From Tannockella kyphosi (GTDB lineage: Bacteria; Bacillota_I; Bacilli_A; Erysipelotrichales; Coprobacillaceae), in the NCBI RefSeq assembly GCF_021054785.1, contig NZ_CP088239.1:810001-842000 (forward strand): a DNA stretch of 32,000 nt, written 5' to 3'. Positions within the stretch are counted from its first letter, which is position 1. Each line of letters opens with the position of its first letter. Shown piece after piece: positions 1-9,731 of this stretch. The position numbers and the translations under genes are program-made. Under the pieces are notes generated by a model. It was given only the letters and a program-made list of their open reading frames with translations, had not been told where the DNA came from and ran no database searches.

Positions 1-589
1 ATGGATAATCAAATTCTTTACTAGCAGCTATATAAGCCTTTATAGTAAGCATAGTATTTGATGATTTTAATGATATACAGGTATCATAAAAGTCTAAAGA
101 TTCTAATATTTCAACATGTTTTCTAGCACTTTCAATCATTCCTTCTACTGTTGGTTTTCCATATTTTTGTAATATCTCTTTTTCTAAAGAACCACCATTA
201 ATACCAATACGAATAGGAATTTGTTTTTCTTTACAAGCATCTACGACAGCTTTCACTTTTTCAATATTACCAATATTTCCAGGATTAATACGAATTTTAT
301 CGATACCAGATTCAATGGCTAGTAAAGCTAATTTATAATCAAAATGAATATCAGCAACTAAAGGTATGGATACTTGAGATTTGATTTCTTTAATAGCAAG
401 AGCATCTTCTTTATCAAAACAAGCAAGACGAACTATTTGACACCCTGCTGCTGTTAGTTGTCTAATCTGTTCTACAGTTGCCACAATATCTTTGGTTTTA
501 GTATTAGCCATTGATTGTATAACAACCGGATTATCTCCACCAATTAAAATATCACCAACTTTTATTACTCTTGTTAAATTACGTTTCAT
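1..589 (-). CDS. ispG: 4-hydroxy-3-methylbut-2-enyl diphosphate synthase (IspG/GcpE). N-terminal part only; the 3' end runs off the window.
   Basis: Reverse-strand translation from the ATG at 589 gives [34 protein letters not shown]...GCQIVRLAC...[15 protein letters not shown]...[11 protein letters not shown]. These are classic IspG motifs. The frame stays open to position 1. Confidence 0.9.
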   Translation of the reverse strand, partial: MKRNLTRVIKVGDILIGGDNPVVIQSMANTKTKDIVATVEQIRQLTAAGCQIVRLACFDKEDALAIKEIKSQVSIPLVADIHFDYKLALLAIESGIDKIRINPGNIGNIEKVKAVVDACKEKQIPIRIGINGGSLEKEILQKYGKPTVEGMIESARKHVEILESLDFYDTCISLKSSNTMLTIKAYIAASKEFDYP

Positions 590-616
590 AATATCCCTCA
601 TTTCTAAATTATTATA

Positions 617-2389
617 TCATGATTTCATTAACTCTTGGAAATTATTTAAAACATCTTCAAAATAACCAAAAGCATCTTTATATAAATCATCATTTAATGG
701 ATTTACATTTGCTAGCTGTAATAAATCAATAGGACTCATACTACCACCTGATTGTAAAAATTTTAAATAATTATCTCTTTGTTCTTGATCTCCACTTTGT
801 ATTCTTTTTACAATTGCTAATGCTAAAGTCATACCAATCGTATACTTATAAACATAGTAATTATAATAAAAATGAGGAACATAATAACAAGAATAAGCAG
901 TAATAGGAGCTACTGTAATATCTTTACCAAAATAATCAACACTCATTTGTTGATACAAATCAGTAATCACTTTCGAAGAAAGTGCTTCTTTACGTAATGC
1001 TTTTAGATGTAATTCATCTTCAAAAGCAGCAAACATAGGTTGTCTAAATAATAAACCAACACAATTTTCTAACTGTTCATATAAATAATAACATTTCTCT
1101 TCCTTTGTTTTTGCTTTTTCAATCATTGTATGAATTAATAAAGTCTCATTGACTGTTGATGCTACTTCAGCAACAAAGATTCGATAACCTGAATTAGAAA
1201 AACTTTGATGACTGTTAGATAAGTAACTATGTGCACTATGACCAAGTTCATGGATTAAAGTAGATAATGAATTATAATCATGGATATAGTTCATTAAAAT
1301 AAATGGTTTTGTATCATAGCTACCACTACTATAAGCACCACCTCTTTTTCCTGGAGTAGGGAAGAAGTCAATCCATCTTTCTTCTTTTGCTTTATCAATA
1401 ATTTTTAGATAATTTTCTCCTAAAGGTTTTAAGGCTTCTTTTATATATTCAAAGCTTTGTTCAATTGTAAAAGTTTGATTTACTTTATCTACTAAAGGAA
1501 CAGATAAATCATAATTATATATTGTATCTAATTGTAATAACTCTTTTTTCAAAGCATTATATCGATGAAATAAAGGTCGATAGGTATTGTTAGCGTGATT
1601 TAATACTTTATAAAATAATTCTGTAGGTACTTCATCATCAAAAACACTAGCCTCTAAAGCAGTAGAGAATTTTCTTTGGGTTGCAAAGAAAACATCTTTT
1701 TTCATAACACCACCTAATGTAGTAGCATAAACATTTTCAAATTTTTTATACTCTCCAAAAAACTTATGATAAGCATTTTTACGTACTTTTTGATCTTTGT
1801 TTTTTAAGAATTGTTGTAGAGTAGCACTATTTAAAGTTTCTCTTTTTCCATTTACTATTATTTTAGGGAACTCTAAACGTAGGGCATCAAATACTTGGCT
1901 ACTTGATGAACTAATAGATTCTACATTGGATAATAGTTCTTCTTGTTCTTTTGATAAGATGTGTTCTTTAAAACGTAGAGTAGATTGAATTTTATAGCGA
2001 TATTCTTTCATTCTATCTTCTAATAAATAACTATTAATTAATTCATCATGATCACATAGTACATTAGTTAAGAAAGATAGTTTTGTTGAAGCATCTTCAA
2101 TAAAACTAATTGTACTAGCAAACATCGTTTGATAGTCTTGATTTGTTGGATTGCAATCGCATTGCATATGACAATAAGCATATAATTTATTAAGAATTCT
2201 TTCAAAATCATCTTGTTTTAGTAAAAAAGAATAGAAATGATTACTATCATTTACTATTTTATTTCCTAAATCAAGTACTTGTTCTAATAATTGTTTTGCT
2301 AATTGTAAATCATTATAAAACGAAGACTCATTTTCATAAATTGAATCTAAGTCCCAGATATAAAGTTGTTCAATTTCTTCTCTTTTCAT
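617..2389 (-). CDS. pepF: Oligoendopeptidase F (M3B family metallopeptidase)
   Basis: 590-aa ORF with the zinc motif HELGH (LIHELGHSAHSY). Length and overall sequence are typical of PepF. AGGAGG-type SD upstream (rc of 2393-2400). Confidence 0.88.
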   Translation of the reverse strand: MKREEIEQLYIWDLDSIYENESSFYNDLQLAKQLLEQVLDLGNKIVNDSNHFYSFLLKQDDFERILNKLYAYCHMQCDCNPTNQDYQTMFASTISFIEDASTKLSFLTNVLCDHDELINSYLLEDRMKEYRYKIQSTLRFKEHILSKEQEELLSNVESISSSSSQVFDALRLEFPKIIVNGKRETLNSATLQQFLKNKDQKVRKNAYHKFFGEYKKFENVYATTLGGVMKKDVFFATQRKFSTALEASVFDDEVPTELFYKVLNHANNTYRPLFHRYNALKKELLQLDTIYNYDLSVPLVDKVNQTFTIEQSFEYIKEALKPLGENYLKIIDKAKEERWIDFFPTPGKRGGAYSSGSYDTKPFILMNYIHDYNSLSTLIHELGHSAHSYLSNSHQSFSNSGYRIFVAEVASTVNETLLIHTMIEKAKTKEEKCYYLYEQLENCVGLLFRQPMFAAFEDELHLKALRKEALSSKVITDLYQQMSVDYFGKDITVAPITAYSCYYVPHFYYNYYVYKYTIGMTLALAIVKRIQSGDQEQRDNYLKFLQSGGSMSPIDLLQLANVNPLNDDLYKDAFGYFEDVLNNFQELMKS

Positions 2390-2501
2390 AATTCCTCCTA
2401 TTTATTGTTAAAGTATAGTCTTTATTATAAAGGATAATACATAAAAAAGCGAATAGGCTTATCTATTTTATAGAAATAATTTTAAAATAAAAAACCCTAC
2501 C

Positions 2502-2765
2502 TTAGTCGATAGAGTTTACTAATTTAGCTAATCTTGATTTTTGTCTGTTAGCATAATTTTTATGATGAATTCCTTTAGTTACAGATGCATCTAATTTAGA
2601 CGCACATTCATTGTAAGCTAAAACAGCATCTTCTTTATTACCAGCTTCTGTAGCAGCAATAACTTTTTTAACTGCAGTTTTTAATGCAGATTTGTAAGAA
2701 GCATTGTGTGCTCTTTTTGCGTTATCGTTTTTATAACGTTTAATTTGTTGTTTCATATTTGCCAT
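2502..2765 (-). CDS. rpsT: 30S ribosomal protein S20
   Basis: 87-aa basic protein starting MANMKQQIKRYKNDNAKRAHNASYKSALKT, characteristic of S20. GAGGTG SD upstream. Confidence 0.95.
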   Translation of the reverse strand: MANMKQQIKRYKNDNAKRAHNASYKSALKTAVKKVIAATEAGNKEDAVLAYNECASKLDASVTKGIHHKNYANRQKSRLAKLVNSID

Positions 2766-2842
2766 GATTTTTTCACCTCACTTTATTACTTGCTTTTATA
2801 TTATATAAAAAAGAGTAACTAAATGCAATCTTTTTTTTTAGT

Positions 2843-2871
2843 TTATAATAAATCATTTTTTGGGTAAACTA
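2843..2871 (+). promoter_or_regulatory. Possible forespore (sigma-F/sigma-G type) promoter for gpr
   Basis: GGGTAAACTA (2862-2871) fits the sigma-F -10 pattern GGnnAnAHTR. TTATA (2843-2847), 14 nt upstream, is a 4/5 match to the -35 GYATA. It sits 17 nt before the gpr ATG. Motif match by eye only. Confidence 0.3.
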
Positions 2872-2887
2872 GGGATGGTGAAAAAAG

Positions 2888-3841
2888 ATGAAAGAATACA
2901 TGATTAGAAGTGATTTAGCAAATGAATCACTAGATGAATTAAAGGAAAATAAACATTATCAAAGAGAAGAAATAAATCAAGATGGCATTAATATAGAAAC
3001 CTTTCATATACTACAAGAACACCCTTCTATTTCTCAAAAGAAAGGAATATATACAGAAATATCTTTTGAAGATTATCATAATTCTAGTATTTCTAAACAA
3101 TTAACAAATACGATTAAGAAGTTAGTAGGTAACAATAATCCTCGTATCTTTATTGTTGGTTTAGGAAACCAATATTTAACAAGTGATGCCATTGGACCAA
3201 GAACACTGCGAGATATACGAGTCACTCATTATATGGAACAACTTCAAAGAAATGAAAACCATTATTATGATACATTGGCTTTGATTCCAGGTGTTACGAT
3301 TCAAACAGGAATGGAGTCATGTGATATTATTAAATCAATTGTAGATCAAGAAAAAATAGATTTAGTTATTGTAATTGATGCACTTTGTGCAAAAGACTAT
3401 AAAAAACTATGTCATGTTATTCAAGTAAATAATGTTGGAATTCATCCGGGTCATGGAATAGGTAATAAAAGAAAAGCAATTGATGAAAAAACAATCGGAG
3501 CAAAAGTAATAGCAATTGGTGTTCCTACTGTTATTTATGCAAGTAGTTTAGTTAAACAAGTTATTGATACATCTTATTGTTATTTTGGAGATCAGTTAAA
3601 ACCAGAAAATATATTAAAAGTAGGACAGCGTAAAAAATATGAAGGGGAACTATCAAACCAACAAAAAGAACTTATGTTTGGTCAAATTGGAAAGTTAGAA
3701 GGAGAAAAATTAGAGAAGTTATTTCAAGAAATACTGGTTCCAATCGGACAAAATCTAGTGCTTAGTGATAAACAAATCGATGAGCAATGCGAGATTATGT
3801 CCAAAATAATTAGTGAAGCAATTAATCAATTAAGGTGCTAA
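2888..3841 (+). CDS. gpr: Germination protease (GPR endopeptidase, spore protease)
   Basis: 317-aa ORF with IFIVGLGNQYLTSDAIGPRT and GVPTVIYA segments typical of the GPR family. It is divergent from rpsT and upstream of spoIIP, as I recall for Bacillus. Confidence 0.85.
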   Translation: MKEYMIRSDLANESLDELKENKHYQREEINQDGINIETFHILQEHPSISQKKGIYTEISFEDYHNSSISKQLTNTIKKLVGNNNPRIFIVGLGNQYLTSDAIGPRTLRDIRVTHYMEQLQRNENHYYDTLALIPGVTIQTGMESCDIIKSIVDQEKIDLVIVIDALCAKDYKKLCHVIQVNNVGIHPGHGIGNKRKAIDEKTIGAKVIAIGVPTVIYASSLVKQVIDTSYCYFGDQLKPENILKVGQRKKYEGELSNQQKELMFGQIGKLEGEKLEKLFQEILVPIGQNLVLSDKQIDEQCEIMSKIISEAINQLRC

Positions 3842-3881
3842 AGCATCTTTTTTTGCATAGTTTATAATAGGAGGGGGGAAT

Positions 3882-4592
3882 ATGAACAAAACTAAGTTTC
3901 AAATTATGATAAAAAGTATTTTAGTTTGTTGTATTTTATATCAGTTACCGGTATTTGAAAGTGATTCCATGAGTTCTATGGAAGTAGTAACTACAACTAA
4001 TGAATCGAAAGGTAGTATTTATATTTATAACACACATCAAGGAGAAGAGTATGAGGGGTTTGATGTGATGTTAGGAGCTGATTTGTTGCAAAGTAATTTA
4101 CAGGCTTTAGGTTATCAATGTAATCGAGAACAAACAAGCATTGAAGACTATTTATATCTAAATTCAATGGATTATAGTCAATGTTATACTGTTTCCCAAA
4201 TGTATTTAGAAGAAGAGTTAGAAGAATATGGTGAATATGATTTAATTATCGATTTTCATCGAGATGCAATTAGTAAAGAACTATCAACCATTACTTATGA
4301 AAATAAAGATTATGCAAAAATTATGTTTGTTGTAGGAAAAAGTAGTGGTAATTATGAATTGGTTAGTGAAATATCACAGTTATTATCTGATTATGCAGAA
4401 GATTTAGTGCCTGACATAAGTCGTGGTATTATGGAAAAGGAGTCTGATTATAATCAGGGAGTAAGTGAAAATATTGTGTTAATCGAAGTTGGGGCTTATC
4501 AAAATACAAAGGAAGAAGTGGAGAATACGATTGAAGTACTTACCCAAGTTATCAATCGTTATATGGAAGAAAATGAGACAACTACTAATTGA
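3882..4592 (+). CDS. spoIIP: Stage II sporulation protein P (SpoIIP, engulfment amidase/endopeptidase)
   Basis: N-terminal signal/TM segment, then IYIYNTHQGEEY, IIDFHRDA, MFVVGKSS, YNQG and VLIEVGAYQNTKEE, which are SpoIIP family signatures. Strong SD GGAGGGGGG at 3862-3870. Confidence 0.85.
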   Translation: MNKTKFQIMIKSILVCCILYQLPVFESDSMSSMEVVTTTNESKGSIYIYNTHQGEEYEGFDVMLGADLLQSNLQALGYQCNREQTSIEDYLYLNSMDYSQCYTVSQMYLEEELEEYGEYDLIIDFHRDAISKELSTITYENKDYAKIMFVVGKSSGNYELVSEISQLLSDYAEDLVPDISRGIMEKESDYNQGVSENIVLIEVGAYQNTKEEVENTIEVLTQVINRYMEENETTTN

Positions 4593-4851
4593 TATATGTT
4601 TATTATGTTTATGCCTTTATCTAATTGTCATCACATTAGATAGCTATGCAATAGAAAATCAGATCATCGATGTCCAAATAGCACAATTTGAACAACAAAT
4701 TGAATATGAAACAAATTTGATAGAATATCAAGACAATCCCTACCAAGAAAATAATATATCGATTATAATTAAAGAAATAAGTAATATTTGTATAAAAATA
4801 ATAGAAACATTGATACTAATTGTTTCTAATTTAATCCATATTTTGTTATAA
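4573..4851 (+). CDS. Small hypothetical membrane protein (92 aa; same position as Bacillus yqxA downstream of spoIIP)
   Basis: The ATG at 4573 overlaps the spoIIP 3' end by 20 nt. It encodes one hydrophobic segment (LLIDICLLCLCLYLIVI). No family recognised. Real coding status is uncertain. Confidence 0.35.
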   Translation: MRQLLIDICLLCLCLYLIVITLDSYAIENQIIDVQIAQFEQQIEYETNLIEYQDNPYQENNISIIIKEISNICIKIIETLILIVSNLIHILL

Positions 4852-4875
4852 TATTTTGGAAAGAAGGTAGATAGA

Positions 4876-5820
4876 ATGAAAGATAAGAAAATACTATTTA
4901 TGGGTACAGCAACCTTTTCAAAAGAAGTATTAGAAAAATTAATTGAAAATAATTATTCTATTATAGCTGTCGTAACACAACCTGATCGTTATGTTGGAAG
5001 AAAAAAAGAAATTAAGATGCCAGAAGTAAAAGAAGTGGCATTAGCACATAATATTCCTGTTTATCAAATGCAATCGATTAAACAAGATTACATTGAATTA
5101 GTTGAACTACAACCTGATTTAATTATTACTGCTGCTTATGGACAAATTATTCCGGAGGCATTATTAGAGAGTGCTTCGATTGGTGCTATTAATGTTCATG
5201 CATCATTATTACCAATGTATCGTGGTGGAGCACCAGTTCACCAAGCAATCATTGATGGACAAGATCAAACTGGAGTAACAATTATGTATATGGTAAAACA
5301 AATGGATGCTGGTAATATTATTTCTCAAGCAAAAATAGATATTTTAGATGAATATACAACTGGAGTATTATATGATTTACTAGCAACAGTTGGTGCTAAT
5401 TTATTAATCGAAACATTACCAAGTATTATAGAAGGAACCAATGCATCGATTAGTCAAGATAGTGATAAAGTTACTTTCTCTCCCATTATTACAAGAGATA
5501 AAGAAAAAATCGATTTCAATAAAGATGCAAGAGCTGTCTTTAATCAAGTTCGTGGACTGAATCCTTGGCCTGTTGGTTATACAATTCATAAAGGAAATAG
5601 TGTTAAGTTATGGAGTGGTTTTGTTTATAGTGGTCCAAAACAATTTAATAATGCAAAAGCAGGTACAATTGTGGATATTTCTTCATTAGGTATGGTAGTA
5701 AGTACTGGGGATGGCTTTTATGTAATTGATGAATTTCAAGTAGCAGGAAAGAGAAGAATGTTTGTTAAAGATTTCTTGAATGGAAATAATTTATTTTTTG
5801 TAGGAGATGTTTTTGAATAA
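4876..5820 (+). CDS. fmt: Methionyl-tRNA formyltransferase
   Basis: 314 aa. KILFMGTATFS at the N-terminus, AAYGQIIP, NVHASLLPMYRGGAPV (the formyltransferase SLLP/HxSLLPxxRG motif) and a C-terminal tRNA-binding domain. Confidence 0.92.
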   Translation: MKDKKILFMGTATFSKEVLEKLIENNYSIIAVVTQPDRYVGRKKEIKMPEVKEVALAHNIPVYQMQSIKQDYIELVELQPDLIITAAYGQIIPEALLESASIGAINVHASLLPMYRGGAPVHQAIIDGQDQTGVTIMYMVKQMDAGNIISQAKIDILDEYTTGVLYDLLATVGANLLIETLPSIIEGTNASISQDSDKVTFSPIITRDKEKIDFNKDARAVFNQVRGLNPWPVGYTIHKGNSVKLWSGFVYSGPKQFNNAKAGTIVDISSLGMVVSTGDGFYVIDEFQVAGKRRMFVKDFLNGNNLFFVGDVFE

Positions 5821-5886
5821 TTTATTGAACAAATAGAGACTTTTTTATTATAAATTTGATATACTAGTTGCAAGGGAGGATTTAAA

Positions 5887-6726
5887 ATGAAATATTTATT
5901 TTTTGATATTGATGGGACTTTGGTTGGAGAATCCAAAAAAGTCACTAAAAAAACAAGAGAAGCAATACAGTTAGCCAAAGCAAATGGTCATCATGTTTTT
6001 CTTTGTACAGGTAGAGCACCAACATCTATTAATGAAGATGTAAAAAGCGTTGGGTTTGAAGGGATTATTTCTTCAGCAGGTGGATTCGTTCAAGTTGGAG
6101 ATACGTATATTTATGAAAATTTTATTAATCAATACATATTAGCAGAAGTTATGTTACTGTTTACTAATAAAAAAATATTATTTAGTTTAGAATCAAAAGA
6201 TGCGCTATACCAAACACCTGGTGTGCTGGAGTTTTTCCAAAAACAAATGCATGAACGCATTCCGGAAGGAAATTTAGAATTAGCACGATTTTTAGAAGAA
6301 AGAAGAAAAGAAGAAATTCGTTTACCAATTAGTAAGTTTGATATTTTAACTACTCCTATTACTAAACTTTGTTTTATTAGTCCTGATAAATTTGCCTTTT
6401 TAGATTGTGTTAAATATTTGTCAGAGTTTTTTCATATTGTTACTTTTTCAAAACCGGAAGATAGTTTTATAAATGGGGAAATCATTTTGAAAAACTGTAC
6501 AAAAGGGGATGGAATGGAACGTATTATTCATCATATTGGTGGTACTATGGAAGATACGATTGCATATGGAGATAGTTTAAATGATTATCAAATGATTGAA
6601 ACTGCCAACATCGGAGTAGTATCTGTTTTATCTCCGGATAAGTTAAAATCGATAGCTAATGATTTTTTTGAAGATCCAGATAATGATGGTATTGCGAAAC
6701 ATTTAGAAAAGATTGGAATTATATAA
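5887..6726 (+). CDS. Cof-type HAD-IIB family hydrolase (sugar-phosphate phosphatase-like)
   Basis: The DxD nucleophile motif FFDIDGTL is at the N-terminus. CTGR comes next, with the GDSLNDYQM motif near the C-terminus. This is the typical Cof/YidA subfamily layout. Confidence 0.8.
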   Translation: MKYLFFDIDGTLVGESKKVTKKTREAIQLAKANGHHVFLCTGRAPTSINEDVKSVGFEGIISSAGGFVQVGDTYIYENFINQYILAEVMLLFTNKKILFSLESKDALYQTPGVLEFFQKQMHERIPEGNLELARFLEERRKEEIRLPISKFDILTTPITKLCFISPDKFAFLDCVKYLSEFFHIVTFSKPEDSFINGEIILKNCTKGDGMERIIHHIGGTMEDTIAYGDSLNDYQMIETANIGVVSVLSPDKLKSIANDFFEDPDNDGIAKHLEKIGII

Positions 6727-6750
6727 AACTATCTTAGGATAGTTTTATTT
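6725..6750 (+). terminator. Intrinsic terminator after the HAD gene
   Basis: AAAACTATC-ttag-GATAGTTTT forms a perfect 9-bp stem (6725-6733 / 6738-6746). It overlaps the stop codon and is followed by a T-rich tail. Confidence 0.6.
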
Positions 6751-6751
6751 C

Positions 6752-7165
6752 ATGATGAGTAGTTTAGATATAGCCCTAGGCAACGCTATTAGAACGGCTA
6801 GAAAACGAAATTGCATGACTATTGAAATGTTGGCAAAAAGAATTAATAAGTCGAATGCTTATATTTCTAGAATAGAAAATGGCATAATTAGTATTGAATT
6901 AGATGTATTACATCAAATTAGTACTGTTATTAATGAACCAGTATTAGAATTATTAAAAAAATCAGAATATATTCCTGATCATCAAAACTATCATTATACA
7001 GTTTTAGAAAAACAATTCATTTCATTTATTGAAATGATTAATTCAAATATGCATTATAATATTGATATTTATAAAATAAGTCGTAAAGATATGGAACAGT
7101 CATTATGGTATTTAGACGGAGTAGTAGAATTACTAAATAAAAAATACCCAGGAAAGGAAGTATAA
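6752..7165 (+). CDS. XRE-family helix-turn-helix transcriptional regulator with an uncharacterised C-terminal half
   Basis: The N-terminus LGNAIRTARKRNCMTIEMLAKRINKSNAYISRIENG matches the Cro/C1 HTH pattern. No SD precedes the ATG. The stop lies 1 nt before the next gene. Confidence 0.7.
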   Translation: MMSSLDIALGNAIRTARKRNCMTIEMLAKRINKSNAYISRIENGIISIELDVLHQISTVINEPVLELLKKSEYIPDHQNYHYTVLEKQFISFIEMINSNMHYNIDIYKISRKDMEQSLWYLDGVVELLNKKYPGKEV

Positions 7166-7166
7166 C

Positions 7167-8447
7167 ATGAATACAAAATTATTAGAGTTTATAGATGCTT
7201 CACCTTCTGCTTTTCAAGCAGTTGTTAATATTAAAAAAGAATTAAATCAGGCAGGATTTATTGAATTAAATGAACAAACAGAATGGTCTTTACAAAAGAA
7301 TCAAAAATATTATGTTTCTAGAAATAGTTCTGCTTTGTTTGCTTTTTGTATACCTGAAACTTTTGATTCTATACAAATGGCAGCTAGTCATTTAGATTCT
7401 CCAACTTTTAAAATAAAAGCAAATGGAGCAATGATTGATAAAAATCAAATTCGTTTAGATGTTGAAAAATATGGTGGAATGATTTTACATACTTGGTTTG
7501 ATCGTCCTTTAAGTATGGCAGGACGTATGGTTGTGAAAAATAAAAAAATGGAATCTATTTTATTTGATGATAAAAAACCATGGTTAATGATTCCTAGTGT
7601 TGCAATTCACTTGAATCGTGATGTTAACCAAGGGAAAGCAATTAATGTACAAAAAGAAATGTTACCGATTGTTGGTCAAGGAAGTGATTTTGAATTAGAG
7701 AAATACTTACAAGAAAAACATCATATCGAAGGTGAGATTTTAGCAGTAGATGCATTTTTATACAATCCAGAATCAAGCAAAGTGTGGGGTATCAATGATG
7801 AATTTCTATCAGCACCAAGAATTGATAATTTAGAGTGTACTTATGCTATCTTGGAAGCAATTAAAGAAAGTAGTTCTAAAAATGTATTGAACATGGCCTT
7901 ATTCTTTGATAATGAAGAAGTTGGAAGTGGTACGAAACAAGGAGCGGATTCTAGCTTTTTAACAGATGTACTTGCCAGAATAAAAGAAGCATGTCATTTA
8001 TCACAACAACAAGTTTTATCTATGATTGCTAGAGGGTTTATGATTTCAGCAGATAATGCCCATGGCTATCATCCAGGGTATGGGGAGTTATATAGTCCAA
8101 GTGATCAACCAAAAATTAATGAAGGAATTGTTGTAAAACATAATGCGAATCAAAAGTATACAAGTGATGCAATAAGTGCTGCTATTTTTTATCAGTTATG
8201 TAAAGAAGCAGGGGTGAGCCATCAAAATTATTATAATCATACAAATGCTCCAGGTGGATCTACTTTAGGTAATATCGCTAATACACATGTTTCATTAAAT
8301 ACTGTTGATATTGGTTTAGCACAATGGGCAATGCATTCTAGTTATGAAACTGCAGGAACAAAGGATTATCAAGATTTAGTTTCTGTTTTAACTTATTTCT
8401 ATCGTCATAAAATGGAAATATGCAACGAAGACTATATGAATTTATAG
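7167..8447 (+). CDS. M18 family aminopeptidase (aspartyl aminopeptidase-like)
   Basis: 426 aa. FIDASPSAFQAV at the N-terminus, SHLDSP, DNEEVGS and a C-terminal MHS motif typical of M18. The SD GGAAAGGAAG lies inside the end of the upstream gene. Confidence 0.85.
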   Translation: MNTKLLEFIDASPSAFQAVVNIKKELNQAGFIELNEQTEWSLQKNQKYYVSRNSSALFAFCIPETFDSIQMAASHLDSPTFKIKANGAMIDKNQIRLDVEKYGGMILHTWFDRPLSMAGRMVVKNKKMESILFDDKKPWLMIPSVAIHLNRDVNQGKAINVQKEMLPIVGQGSDFELEKYLQEKHHIEGEILAVDAFLYNPESSKVWGINDEFLSAPRIDNLECTYAILEAIKESSSKNVLNMALFFDNEEVGSGTKQGADSSFLTDVLARIKEACHLSQQQVLSMIARGFMISADNAHGYHPGYGELYSPSDQPKINEGIVVKHNANQKYTSDAISAAIFYQLCKEAGVSHQNYYNHTNAPGGSTLGNIANTHVSLNTVDIGLAQWAMHSSYETAGTKDYQDLVSVLTYFYRHKMEICNEDYMNL

Positions 8448-8499
8448 TCTTTTTTTCATATTCTTTCTATTCTTGAATATAGTAGATAGAGGTGTAAAA

Positions 8500-9624
8500 A
8501 TGAAAAAAATAATAGGCTGTTTATTAGTGATTGTTATCTTACAAGATAATATATATGGATTAGGAGATAATGCCAAAGCAATGGTTTTAATGGAAGCTAG
8601 TACCAATCAAGTATTGGAACAAAATAATCCTAGTGAGACTTTATATCCTGCATCAACAACCAAAATAATGACAATGATTTTATTATTTGAAGCCCTTAAT
8701 CAAGGAGTTACTTCTTTTGATACAATGGTTTCAACAAGTGAATATGCTAGTGGAATGGGCGGAAGTCAAGTATATTTAGAAACAGGAGAACAAATGAGTG
8801 TCTATGATTTATTTAAGTCTATTGCAATAGCTAGTGCTAATGATGCGAGTGTGGTTATTGGAGAGCATTTGGGTGGAACAATTGAAAACTTTGTAGTAAT
8901 GATGAATGAAAAGGCTGTTGCTTTAGGATTAGAAAATACGAACTTTACAAATGCAACTGGATTACATGATGATAACCATTATACTAGTGCTTATGATTTA
9001 GCAGTTATGGCTAGTTATTTAATTGAAATAGGTGGACAAGATTTATTGGATGTGACATCTTTATATGATAGTTATATTAGAGAAGATAATGAACAACCTT
9101 TTTGGTTAGTAAATACGAATAAATTATTAAAGACTTATAATGTAGATGGACTTAAAACAGGTTATACAAGTGAAGCAGGATATTGTTTAGTATCGACTAT
9201 TGAAAAGGATGGAATGCGTTTAATTGGCGTGTTGCTAGATGAAGAATTACCAGATATAAGAAATCAAGAGATGATTGAATTATTAGAATATGGTTTTAGT
9301 CAGTATACAAAAGATACGCTTTATTCCCAAGGGGATCAAGTAGATATTTTAGAAATAGAAAATATCTCATCCAATCATATTGATGTTATTGTCAATCAAG
9401 ATGTAGCTATTGTTATGAAAAAAACAGAAACCAGTACGATAGAAACAAAGATTTCTTATTATGAAGATATTGGATCTATCTTTTTAGATACACCGATTGG
9501 AGTATTAGAGATATATAAAGATGGTGTAGTAGTAGAACAAATTAATTTATATAGTAAAGAAGTAGTATTAGAAGATAATTATTTTACTAGAGTATATTAT
9601 ACATTTAGTCAGCTTTGGCATTAA
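8500..9624 (+). CDS. dacF: D-alanyl-D-alanine carboxypeptidase (class C low-MW PBP, DacF-like)
   Basis: Signal peptide, then the active-site SxxK (ASTTKIMT), an SAN motif (IASAN, the SxN equivalent) and KTGYT. It sits immediately upstream of the spoIIA operon, as dacF does in Bacillus. ATG 8500 is preferred over TTG 8473 because the SD AGAGGTG precedes it. Confidence 0.85.
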   Translation: MKKIIGCLLVIVILQDNIYGLGDNAKAMVLMEASTNQVLEQNNPSETLYPASTTKIMTMILLFEALNQGVTSFDTMVSTSEYASGMGGSQVYLETGEQMSVYDLFKSIAIASANDASVVIGEHLGGTIENFVVMMNEKAVALGLENTNFTNATGLHDDNHYTSAYDLAVMASYLIEIGGQDLLDVTSLYDSYIREDNEQPFWLVNTNKLLKTYNVDGLKTGYTSEAGYCLVSTIEKDGMRLIGVLLDEELPDIRNQEMIELLEYGFSQYTKDTLYSQGDQVDILEIENISSNHIDVIVNQDVAIVMKKTETSTIETKISYYEDIGSIFLDTPIGVLEIYKDGVVVEQINLYSKEVVLEDNYFTRVYYTFSQLWH

Positions 9625-9651
9625 GAGATTTCTTAGTAAATCTCTTTTTTT
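9623..9651 (+). terminator. Intrinsic terminator after dacF
   Basis: AAGAGATTT-cttagt-AAATCTCTT is a perfect 9-bp stem followed by T7. Confidence 0.7.
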
Positions 9652-9670
9652 GTTGATAAAATTCTACTTT

Positions 9671-9677
9671 TGTCGAA
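9671..9677 (+). promoter_or_regulatory. Exact Spo0A-box consensus (TGTCGAA) upstream of spoIIAA. A possible sigma-H type GAAT -10 element lies at 9707-9710.
   Basis: TGTCGAA is at 9671-9677, 55 nt upstream of the spoIIAA ATG. The Bacillus spoIIA promoter is Spo0A-activated and sigma-H dependent. The -35 here is not convincing. Confidence 0.4.
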
Positions 9678-9731
9678 TCGGTTTTTTTTGAAAAACAGAT
9701 AGTATAGAATAGCGTTAAAGGAGTGGAAAAT

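Noticed and set aside
1797-1988. 63-aa plus-strand ORF inside pepF. The same class includes 5736-5978(-), 10294-10497(-), 10939-11121(-), 11277-11504(+), 11490-11675(-), 15528-15776(-), 17926-18108(-), 22810-23049(-) and 29015-29209(-).
   Set aside because: All are embedded in or antisense to confidently identified genes, lack SD sequences, and have low-complexity translations.
3842-3881. GCATA (-35-like sigma-F/G element) upstream of spoIIP
   Set aside because: The corresponding -10 position would fall on the SD and start codon of spoIIP, so it cannot be a functional promoter in that register.
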